Source: an uncultured Chitinophaga sp.
Lineage (GTDB): Bacteria; Bacteroidota; Bacteroidia; Chitinophagales; Chitinophagaceae
Reading direction: 5' to 3'
DNA length: 64,000 bases
NCBI GenBank assembly: GCA_964409055.1
Contig: CAYPBW010000001.1
Span: 9,354-73,353 of the forward strand
In this document: positions 45,521 through 53,879 of the stretch, piece by piece
How the letters are laid out: every line of letters starts with the position of its first letter
Position numbering within the stretch: the first letter of the stretch is position 1
The notes under the pieces: generated by a model
The model's input: the letters and a program-made list of their open reading frames with translations, nothing else
Told to the model about the DNA's origin: nothing
The model's database searches: none
Program-made: the position numbers and the translations under genes

Positions 45521-46330
45521 TCAATGCCCACCGCCACCGGGGAAGAATAACTCTTTAACAATTATATAAATACCCATTACGAGTACAAACCAACCGAACC
45601 CTTTTTTCAGGCCATCAGCAGATACTTTTTTACTGAGTGCATTACCAATGAAAATCCCAACAATGGCAAGACCGGTAACGGACAGTAAAAGTGTCCAGTC
45701 CATGTTTTGTTTGCCAAGGTCACCGGTGAACCCGATTAGTGATTTTGCAGCTATGATTAATAGAGAAGTTCCCACTGCCTGTTTCATTGGCAGCTTACTC
45801 AGTAACACCAATGCCGGGATAATTAGGAAACCGCCTCCGGCACCCACTAACCCTGTGAGCATACCTACCACAGCGCCTTCCAGTAGTATCATTGGATAAT
45901 TGAATTTTTGCTCGCCAGTTTCTTCCGATTTCCCTTTTTTGTTCCTGATCATAGATACAGAAGCAAATACCATCAAAATGGCAAACAGTATCATCATCAG
46001 CAATGATTTAGTTACAACAAAATCACCGATATGAAATACTTCTTTGGGAATGGCGGGTACAAGGAAGGCTCTTGTTGCAAACACTGCTATAATCGAAGGG
46101 ATACCGAAGATGAGAGCAGTTTTCAGGTTCACTTCACCGCTTTTATATTTCGGGTAAGTGCCTACCAGGCTGGTAGCCCCTACAATAAAAAGTGAATAAG
46201 CGGTGGCAAGTACGGGGTTTACCCCAAAAAGATAAACGAGAACAGGTACAGTAAGAATAGAACCGCCTCCGCCAATTAAGCCAAGAGAAACACCGATCAG
46301 AAGAGAAGCTATGTATCCGATTATTTCCAT
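45521..46330 (-). CDS. TauE/SafE family sulfite/anion exporter
   Basis: ATG at 46330 (MEIIGYIASLLIGVSLGLIGGGGSILTVP), 269 aa, about 8 TM segments with an internal repeat. Confidence 0.85.
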   Translation of the reverse strand: MEIIGYIASLLIGVSLGLIGGGGSILTVPVLVYLFGVNPVLATAYSLFIVGATSLVGTYPKYKSGEVNLKTALIFGIPSIIAVFATRAFLVPAIPKEVFHIGDFVVTKSLLMMILFAILMVFASVSMIRNKKGKSEETGEQKFNYPMILLEGAVVGMLTGLVGAGGGFLIIPALVLLSKLPMKQAVGTSLLIIAAKSLIGFTGDLGKQNMDWTLLLSVTGLAIVGIFIGNALSKKVSADGLKKGFGWFVLVMGIYIIVKELFFPGGGGH

Positions 46331-46346
46331 GCAAAATTTATTTATG

Positions 46347-46391
46347 CAAAGGTGAACGGAATACAATTGCTGTACTGTGACTCAAATCACA
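46347..46391 (-). promoter_or_regulatory. P11: perfect CRP-type box plus -7-like element (tauE)
   Basis: The box TGTGACTCAAATCACA (46376-46391) is followed 21 nt downstream by CACCTTTG (46347-46354, minus strand). The box starts 8 nt after the regulator stop codon. Confidence 0.65.
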
Positions 46392-46398
46392 GCACCCA

Positions 46399-47016
46399 CT
46401 ACAATAATTCGATCATATTTCTGTGCAGCTTGAGCAGGTTGCGCTGCTCCATTTTTTTTAAGAGTCTTGAAATTACTTCTCTCGAACTATTCAGGTCATC
46501 GGCTATCTGCTGGTGAGAAGTTTCAATTATCTTTTTCCCTGTAGTATCGGCATGCCTTTTCAGGTAGAATTCAAGTCTCTCATCCATATTTCGAAAGGCC
46601 ACATTGTCAATCACAGCCAACAATTCATCAAAACGGTTTCTGTAGGTCATAATGACAAACTGATACCATGTTTTGTATTTGTTCATCATATCATCCATCA
46701 ACTGGATGGGTATCATGAGGACTTCTGTATCTTCTTCAGCTTTTGCCATAATCTCACTTTGCTGTGACTGTATGGCACAGATCATTGTAACAGCACAAGC
46801 CTGGCCCGGTCCTAAATAATACATCAGAAATTCTCCGCCATCAGGATTTTCCCGGTAGATCTTTACCCTGCCTTCCAATACCAAAGCCGTGGATTTAATA
46901 TACTGGCCGGTACGCATAATGATTTCTCCCGCAAGAAAGGTTCTTTGCACCGCCTCTTTTTCAATCAGCTCAATTAAGCCGGGCTCAAACTGCGGAAATA
47001 GTTCTTTCCAATTCAT
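46399..47016 (-). CDS. Crp/Fnr family transcriptional regulator (205 aa)
   Basis: N-terminal beta-roll effector domain, a long dimerisation helix, and the C-terminal HTH ETSHQQIADDLNSSREVISRLLKKME with R-E-x-x-S-R. Its only two Cys lie in GPGQACAVTMICAI. Confidence 0.9.
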   Translation of the reverse strand: MNWKELFPQFEPGLIELIEKEAVQRTFLAGEIIMRTGQYIKSTALVLEGRVKIYRENPDGGEFLMYYLGPGQACAVTMICAIQSQQSEIMAKAEEDTEVLMIPIQLMDDMMNKYKTWYQFVIMTYRNRFDELLAVIDNVAFRNMDERLEFYLKRHADTTGKKIIETSHQQIADDLNSSREVISRLLKKMEQRNLLKLHRNMIELL

Positions 47017-47026
47017 GATCTGTGTA

Positions 47027-48307
47027 TTAATTATCTAAAACTTTTTCCATTTGCATACTTCTGCTGCCTTTGATAAGCATATGTGTATGCTCGAAATGTT
47101 GTTCACTCAACCAGCCTGTTACGTCGCTTGAAGTAGCGAAAGTAATGAAAGGGTGGTCAAATCTCAGAAAATCACCGCCTACTAATACAACGGCTTTCCA
47201 GTCATGTTGTTTGATCAGGTCAACGATGTCTTTATGTTCCTGCATACTTTCATTGCCTAATTCTGCCATGGCGCCAAGTATAAGCACTTTGTTTTCCGTA
47301 TCAATTTTTGCAAGGTTTTCAATAGCAAGCCGCATACTACTCGGGTTGGCATTGTAAGCATCAAGGATGATTTTGTTTGTTCCTTTTTCAAGAAGCTGAG
47401 ATCTGCTATTAGAAGGGTTGTAGTTTTCAATTGCCAATTTTATAGCCGAATCTTTTACACCAAAATACTTTCCGGCTGTTACAGCCGTCAACACATTTGG
47501 CAGATTATAATCTCCTACAAGATTTGTGTGAATGGTGCCGCATGCCGAGCCCTTAGTAATATTTACCACAAGAAACGGCTCACTTTTGATTGCTGATCCT
47601 TCAATGTCTGCATTGACTGTTCCATATTTAGTTATATGCTCAATTCCCTTACTCATTTCCTGCAGGTAGTCATAATCCCACATCACAAAGGCAGTACCTT
47701 TATTCTCTCTTAAATAATCATAGAGCTCACCTTTACCTTTCCTTACCCCTTCCACTCCGCCAAAGCCTTCCAGGTGGGCTTTACCGCAGTTGGTAATAAG
47801 CCCATGGGTGGGCTTTGTATAAAGGCAATAACCGGCGATTTCCTTTTGGTGATTGGCCCCCATTTCAATTACGGCCAGCTCAGCGTCTTTTTTGATTTTT
47901 AATATAGTCAGCGGGATACCTATATGATTGTTGAGGTTACCCTCCGTTGTATAAGTTCTAAAAGTTGATGACAGTACAGCATGCACCAGTTCTTTGGTGG
48001 TGGTTTTGCCATTACTTCCTGTAATAGCCAGGAAAGGTATATTGAACTGCTCCCGGTGATATTTTGCCAGTTGCTGCAGGGCTGTAAGTACATCTTTAAC
48101 CAGGATGGTTTTTCCCGGAATTTCAAATTCTTTTTCGTCAATAACAGCATAAGCAGCGCCTGACTCAATGGCTTTTTTTGCAAAACTGTTTCCATTGAAA
48201 TGGTCTCCTTTTAATGCAAAGAAAATATCCCCGGGATTGAGTTTCCGGGTATCCGTTTGCACTGAAGGGTGCTGCTCAAATAATTGGTAAAGTTCTTCAA
48301 TTAGCAT
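47027..48307 (-). CDS. murF: UDP-N-acetylmuramoyl-tripeptide--D-alanyl-D-alanine ligase
   Basis: 426 aa with P-loop AITGSNGKTTTKE and typical MurF C-terminal blocks (DAYNANP). Confidence 0.9.
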   Translation of the reverse strand: MLIEELYQLFEQHPSVQTDTRKLNPGDIFFALKGDHFNGNSFAKKAIESGAAYAVIDEKEFEIPGKTILVKDVLTALQQLAKYHREQFNIPFLAITGSNGKTTTKELVHAVLSSTFRTYTTEGNLNNHIGIPLTILKIKKDAELAVIEMGANHQKEIAGYCLYTKPTHGLITNCGKAHLEGFGGVEGVRKGKGELYDYLRENKGTAFVMWDYDYLQEMSKGIEHITKYGTVNADIEGSAIKSEPFLVVNITKGSACGTIHTNLVGDYNLPNVLTAVTAGKYFGVKDSAIKLAIENYNPSNSRSQLLEKGTNKIILDAYNANPSSMRLAIENLAKIDTENKVLILGAMAELGNESMQEHKDIVDLIKQHDWKAVVLVGGDFLRFDHPFITFATSSDVTGWLSEQHFEHTHMLIKGSRSMQMEKVLDN

Positions 48308-48336
48308 GTAGCAAAAGTAGGAGAGTAGTCAATAAA

Positions 48337-48361
48337 AAACCCTCCGGGTTTCGGAGGGTTT
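48337..48361 (-). terminator. Terminator after gldJ
   Basis: aaaccctccg-ggttt-cggagggttt. On the minus strand it is followed by tttattgac. Confidence 0.6.
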
Positions 48362-48381
48362 AATAAACTTTTTATACTTAA

Positions 48382-49947
48382 TTATCTTTTTTGTCTTCTT
48401 GTTTTGAAGTGCTGGCCGGTTTTACGTTTGTTTCCTTCAGGGCTGCCCATACGGTTCATAGCACAACGGAAGCCAAGCGTACTGAGTGCCTGGTCTTCTT
48501 CCAGGAAACGTCTTGCACCTGGAGTGAGCCAGTAAGCTCTGTCATTCCAACTGCCGCCTTTATAAACTTTTGACTTATCGCTTACCAAAGTTGTTGCTCC
48601 GTAACCGTAAGAAGCCTGAGAGAGAGAGTCACCATCCAGGTAGTTTATTACATCACCTCTTTGATAGTTCCTTCTCTTTTTCGCCTCTTCATCACTAACT
48701 GTTACCATCTTCACACGGCCAGTACTGTCTTTTTCGTACCGGGTAGCAGGATCCATAGAGCTTGAATCAGCCACATACAATTTTTTAAATACATTACCAC
48801 GGAAAGGTGCCGGCATATCATCAAAGTCTAATGTTGAAAGCGGACGATATGTATCTTCTACCCACTCACTAACATTACCTGCCATGTTGAAAAGGCCAAA
48901 GCCATTTGGATAAAATGATTTTACAGGGGCAGTGTAAAAGGCACGGTCATTCAAGCCACCAGCCACACCGGCGTTATCACCAGAGCCTCTTTTGAAGTTG
49001 GCGAGGAAAACACCTTGCCAGCTTCCGCGGCGGGTATCACGAAGACCATTTACATTCTGGGCCCAGGGATATAATTGTTTGTTTTGCGCTAACTCCTCAC
49101 CTCTCTTGCCTTCTTTCACACTGGGGCGGGGGTTCTGATTAATCAGACCATAAGCGGCATATTCCCACTCGGCTTCAAAGGGCAGGCGATAGTCCGGAAG
49201 CAGTTTACCTGATTCCATAGTAGGTGCCATAGCAGGCTGTCCTTTCTTAGATTTCAGGTTTTTACCGGGAGGCGCTGTATACAGGCCTAAGAGGTAAGAC
49301 TTAGTAGTGAAATTATTATCTCCCTGCTGAGCGCCGGGTTTTTGATTTGCTTTGTTGATATAACCATCTTTAACGAGAGCATTTTCATTTACCCTGTCAC
49401 TTCTCCAAAGACAGAAATCCTTTGCCTGCTGCCAGGTAACACCTACTACAGGGTAGTCGTTGAAGCCGGGGTGACGGAAATAAAACTCAACCAAAGGCTC
49501 ATTATAACTTAATTCACTTCTCCAGCAAAGGGTGTCCGGTAAAGCACCTTCCAAAATTTTAGCATTGGCAGGGTCTGAAGGATCAAAAACCTTATACAGC
49601 CAGTGAAGGTATTCACGGTAGTGAACGTTAGCAACCTCAGTACGGTCAATGTAGAAGGAGGGAACAGATACACGGCGGGGAATATTATTCCAGTCGCCCA
49701 TTACATCTTCCTCCGTTTGTCCCATGGTAAATGTACCACCCTGAACAAACACCAGACCGGGGCCGAGGCCCTGTTCTTTGGCTTTGGATACCTGGAAACC
49801 ACCCTGGTTTTTGTCATTGTAGTTCCAGCCGGTGACGTCTGACTTATCGTATTTCTTGCCAAAAAGGCCTTTGCCCTTACAAGATGCCAGCAGCACCACA
49901 CAGGATAAAAGGATCGTAAAGTTTTTCACACTCAATGTTTTTTGCAT
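48382..49947 (-). CDS. gldJ: Gliding motility / T9SS lipoprotein GldJ (FGE-sulfatase/SUMF1-like fold)
   Basis: ATG at 49947 gives MQKTLSVKNFTILLSCVVLLASC (lipobox). GPGLVFVQGGTFTMGQ...DWNN and other blocks match GldJ as I remember it from Flavobacterium, where it is also adjacent to murF. Confidence 0.85.
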   Translation of the reverse strand: MQKTLSVKNFTILLSCVVLLASCKGKGLFGKKYDKSDVTGWNYNDKNQGGFQVSKAKEQGLGPGLVFVQGGTFTMGQTEEDVMGDWNNIPRRVSVPSFYIDRTEVANVHYREYLHWLYKVFDPSDPANAKILEGALPDTLCWRSELSYNEPLVEFYFRHPGFNDYPVVGVTWQQAKDFCLWRSDRVNENALVKDGYINKANQKPGAQQGDNNFTTKSYLLGLYTAPPGKNLKSKKGQPAMAPTMESGKLLPDYRLPFEAEWEYAAYGLINQNPRPSVKEGKRGEELAQNKQLYPWAQNVNGLRDTRRGSWQGVFLANFKRGSGDNAGVAGGLNDRAFYTAPVKSFYPNGFGLFNMAGNVSEWVEDTYRPLSTLDFDDMPAPFRGNVFKKLYVADSSSMDPATRYEKDSTGRVKMVTVSDEEAKKRRNYQRGDVINYLDGDSLSQASYGYGATTLVSDKSKVYKGGSWNDRAYWLTPGARRFLEEDQALSTLGFRCAMNRMGSPEGNKRKTGQHFKTRRQKR

Positions 49948-50116
49948 AAACCTATGAATTGGAATATTTTTAACGCCGGATGAGGTAAAAATATTGCACC
50001 TGGTAAAAGGTTTTACCTGCCGGGATTGCGAATATAGGCACTTTCGTAATATACAGATACGCAGAAATACTTTTTTTCGGGCGGAAAATCCCTTTAAAAC
50101 CCATTGGTTTACAAGC

Positions 50117-53100
50117 ATGATAAAGCTCCGGTTATTGCTACTTGGATTCGGTTTGATCAGCAGCTTTTTACCCGTAAAAGGACAGCGTACTTATGCATCC
50201 AATTCGGTGTTGGCTTCGGGCAACTGGTACAAGCTGAGTATTGGTTCCGCCGGAATTTATAAAGTTGACTTGTCTTTTTTGGCCGGCCTGGGTATCAACA
50301 CATCAAATCTTAGCTCTTCTTCTATTAAGTTGTTTGGAAATGGAGGGCATATGCTGCCGGAAAGCAATGCAGCCAACCGGGCCGATGATTTGCAGGAGGT
50401 GGCCATTTATATGGCAGACGGGGGAGATGGTGTCTTCAGCGGAACTGATTTTTTTCTTTTTTACGCACCCGGGCCCGATGAGTGGATGAAGGATTCCGTC
50501 AATCAGCGATTTTTTCATAGAAAGAATATTTACAGTGATAAGTCATACTATTTCTTAACTATAGGAAATAATGGAAAACGGATCATAACTGCTCCGCTTG
50601 TGACCTCGCCGGCCATCACTATCAGCTCATTTTCCGAAAGATATTTTCATGAACTTGACACAGTTAATTTTCTGGGTAGTGGTAAAGAATGGTATGGCGA
50701 GGAACTTTCCGGTTTGCCCGGACGATCGCTAACAAGGAATTTTTCTTTCAATATTCCCGGCATTGTTCAAAATTCAGTTATTGCAGTAAGGACAGAGTGT
50801 ATAGCAAGATCTGCAGGGGTTTCCAGCCGGTTTGATATTGCTATTAATAACCAACCGGCTGGTCAATTAACTATCCCCCAGATTGGTAGTGGTTTGTATG
50901 ATCTTTTTGCACAGTCATCTTCATCGGTTTTAAGTACCATTGCCCAGTCAGAGGCGGTTAGTATCAATTATACATATTTACCCGGAAGTTTTAATTCGCA
51001 GGGGTGGATCAACTGGCTGGAAGTTTTTGCCCGCAGAAATTTAAGTCTTAACGGCAATGAACCGCTGTTTTTCCGGGACTGGAACAGTGTAGGAAGTAAT
51101 AATGGTGAATTTGTTGTAAGGAATGCCGCAGCCGCAACTCAAGTGTGGGATATAACAGATTTCAATAACCCTGTTCGTATGCAGGGAGTTTTTGCTAATA
51201 GTGAATTCAGGTTTGTAAATACCTGCGAAAGATTAAGAGAGTATGTTGCTTTTAATACTGCAACCAATTTGTTTAAAACGCCAGTCTCTGCCGGAAAGAT
51301 CGGCAACCAGGATATTCATGGCGCACCTGCTGCAAATTATTTGATCGTCACACATCCGCCTTTTTTTAGCCAGGCGCAAAGGCTTGCTCAATTACACCAG
51401 CAAAATGATAATTTACGTTCATTGGTTGTTACAACTGAACAGGTCTACCATGAGTTTTCTTCCGGCAGCCCGGATCCGGTGGCTATCCGGGATTTTGTAA
51501 AAATGTTTTATGACAAAGCTGGCTCCAACCCGGGAAACAGTCCTAAATACTTAGTTCTTTTTGGGGATGCATCTTATGATTATAAAGACAGGTTAGTCAA
51601 TAATACCAACCTGGTTCCGGCATGGCAGAACAACTTTTCATTAGATCCGCTTTCTACTTACGTATCCGATGATTTTTTTGGCTTTTTGGATGACAATGAA
51701 GATATCAATTCAGGCCTTGTAACTAACCTTCTGGATATTGGTATTGGCAGAGTACCTGCAAAAAATGCAGAAGAGGCTAAAAATTTCGTTGATAAAGTAG
51801 CGGTTTATCTTTCACCACAGAGTCTTGGTTCATGGCGAAATAACCTCACTTTTATTGCCGATGATGAGGACAACAATCTTCACCTGCAGGATGCTGAGAT
51901 CATTACAGGCACTGCCGGCACTATAGGTCCTGTTTTTGACCAGCAAAAAATTTACCTGGATGCTTTTTTACAGGAAAGTGGTGCCGGGGGCAGTCGCTAT
52001 CCGCAGGCAAATGAAGCCAGTAACAACCAGGTATATAATGGCACTTTGATATGGAATTACAATGGTCACGGGGGGGCCTCTCGTTTGGCAGAAGAAAATA
52101 TCCTTGATCAGCCCGTAGTAAATAGCTGGAATAACCCGGATCGGTTACCCTTGTTTATTACTGCTACCTGTGATTTTGCACCTTATGATAACCCGTTTGT
52201 CAATTCATTAGGCGAAAACATCCTTTTAAGGCCAAAGACAGGTGCTGTTGCATTGATGACAACTACCCGGCTTGTGTTTGCATTTAGTAACAGGATCATC
52301 AATAATAATTACCTGCAGTTTGCTTTACAGCCAGATGCCAGCGGAAAATACCGGTCATTGGGGGATGCCGTAAAGGATGCAAAAAATTTCACTTATCAGA
52401 ATTCTGGCGACATAGCCAATAACCGAAAATTTACTTTGTTGGGTGATCCGGCTTTGACCCTGGCTTTTCCCAAAATGAAAGCAAGGATATCCAGGGTGAA
52501 CGGAGTTGATGTATCAATTGCGGATACGTTAAGTGCTCTGGAGAAAATAATGATGGAAGGTGAGATCACAGACTGGCAGGGTAATATTTTGAATGATTTT
52601 AATGGTAATGTATACCCATCGATTTTTGATAAACCGAGAATAATTAATACGCTGGGTAATGACCCCGGCAGCCAGGTTACTTCTTTCATTGCACAGGGTA
52701 ATACCTTGTTCAAAGGAAAAGCTACTGTAGCCAATGGCCGGTTTTCATTTACTTTTAAAGTACCCAGGGATATTAATTATCAGTTTGGAAATGGAAGGGT
52801 AAGCCTTTATGCAGAAAACGGGATATCGGATGCCAATGGATTTTTGACCAACCTCGTTGTTGGGGGAAGTAATGGCGGAACAGATGCTGATAAAGAAGGT
52901 CCCCAAATAAAAGCATACTTAAACGATGAGCTATTCGTAAATGGTGGAATAACCAATCAAAACCCGGTTTTGCTGGTGAAACTATCGGACACTTCCGGGA
53001 TCAATACCGCAGGTACAGGTATTGGACATGATATTATTGCCATATTAGACAATGACAATAATCGCTATTTTATTCTGAACGATTTTTACCAGGCAGAGCT

Positions 53101-53548
53101 TAATAGTTACCAGCAGGGTACCGTCCGGTTTCAACTGCCCGGGCTCAATCCGGGTCCACACACTTTAAAAATTAAGGCATGGGATGTAGTGAATAACTCA
53201 AGTGAGGTTTTGCTTGATTTTATAGTGGCCAATGATACTGAACTGGAGCTCAGTCATGTTCTTAATTATCCCAATCCCTTTACAAATTCCACTACATTCT
53301 GGTTTGAGCATAACAAACCGGGTCTGCATTTAGCTGTTCAGTTGCAGGTTATGACGGTTACCGGAAGGGTAATAAAAACAATGGAACAGGTAGTGACTAC
53401 AGAGGGTAACAGGTCAGCGGACATTACATGGGATGGCAGAGACGAATATGGCGATAAACCGGGAAGAGGGGTGTATTTGTACAAATTGCGGGTTATTGCG
53501 CCCGGCAGTAAGCAAAAAGAGGTGGTGGGAAAATTGGTTATACTCTGA
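50117..53548 (+). CDS. porU: T9SS C-terminal signal peptidase/sortase PorU (C25 peptidase family)
   Basis: ATG at 50117 (MIKLRLLLLGFGLISSFLPVKGQ), 1143 aa, with a gingipain-like catalytic region (NYNGHGG..., ITATCDF) and a C-terminal CTD-like beta-sandwich. Directly upstream of porV. Confidence 0.85.
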   Translation: MIKLRLLLLGFGLISSFLPVKGQRTYASNSVLASGNWYKLSIGSAGIYKVDLSFLAGLGINTSNLSSSSIKLFGNGGHMLPESNAANRADDLQEVAIYMADGGDGVFSGTDFFLFYAPGPDEWMKDSVNQRFFHRKNIYSDKSYYFLTIGNNGKRIITAPLVTSPAITISSFSERYFHELDTVNFLGSGKEWYGEELSGLPGRSLTRNFSFNIPGIVQNSVIAVRTECIARSAGVSSRFDIAINNQPAGQLTIPQIGSGLYDLFAQSSSSVLSTIAQSEAVSINYTYLPGSFNSQGWINWLEVFARRNLSLNGNEPLFFRDWNSVGSNNGEFVVRNAAAATQVWDITDFNNPVRMQGVFANSEFRFVNTCERLREYVAFNTATNLFKTPVSAGKIGNQDIHGAPAANYLIVTHPPFFSQAQRLAQLHQQNDNLRSLVVTTEQVYHEFSSGSPDPVAIRDFVKMFYDKAGSNPGNSPKYLVLFGDASYDYKDRLVNNTNLVPAWQNNFSLDPLSTYVSDDFFGFLDDNEDINSGLVTNLLDIGIGRVPAKNAEEAKNFVDKVAVYLSPQSLGSWRNNLTFIADDEDNNLHLQDAEIITGTAGTIGPVFDQQKIYLDAFLQESGAGGSRYPQANEASNNQVYNGTLIWNYNGHGGASRLAEENILDQPVVNSWNNPDRLPLFITATCDFAPYDNPFVNSLGENILLRPKTGAVALMTTTRLVFAFSNRIINNNYLQFALQPDASGKYRSLGDAVKDAKNFTYQNSGDIANNRKFTLLGDPALTLAFPKMKARISRVNGVDVSIADTLSALEKIMMEGEITDWQGNILNDFNGNVYPSIFDKPRIINTLGNDPGSQVTSFIAQGNTLFKGKATVANGRFSFTFKVPRDINYQFGNGRVSLYAENGISDANGFLTNLVVGGSNGGTDADKEGPQIKAYLNDELFVNGGITNQNPVLLVKLSDTSGINTAGTGIGHDIIAILDNDNNRYFILNDFYQAELNSYQQGTVRFQLPGLNPGPHTLKIKAWDVVNNSSEVLLDFIVANDTELELSHVLNYPNPFTNSTTFWFEHNKPGLHLAVQLQVMTVTGRVIKTMEQVVTTEGNRSADITWDGRDEYGDKPGRGVYLYKLRVIAPGSKQKEVVGKLVIL

Positions 53549-53879
53549 CAAGGGACATACGAGTTGTGATAAATAATAATTATTTCAGGCCGGGGGCAGC
53601 GAAGTCATAGAACGAATTGTCTTGGGATGCGAAACAGAGAACCTGTTGTCCGGGCAGTATCAGAATGATTTTCGTCAGCAAAAATAAAATTTGAACAATA
53701 AAAGCCGGAAAGAATACGTTTTTTCTCGAAATTTGCGACCAAATCCGGAGCTGCGATTATCGCTACAAAGCCCCAAAGCCATTAAAAACCAGTTTTTTTT
53801 GGTTTCGGATAAAATTCTCTATTTTAGTTTTGTATTTAATCAAAAGCTCTATATTTACACCATTATTAAAAACTTACTA

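Noticed and set aside
49948-50118. The ORF-track versions of gldJ (to 50118) and porU (from 49994) overlap head-to-head by 125 nt, which could suggest overlapping divergent genes.
   Set aside because: Both extensions start at upstream alternative or out-of-context starts and encode non-signal-like sequence. Internal ATGs at 49947 and 50117 each give a textbook lipoprotein or secretory signal peptide, leaving a normal 169-bp divergent promoter region.
53691-53879. A 63-codon N-terminal extension of porV in the ORF track.
   Set aside because: The extension is Lys/Phe/Asn-rich and AT-driven, and it precedes a perfect signal peptide that begins at the ATG at 53880. PorV homologues begin with the signal peptide.
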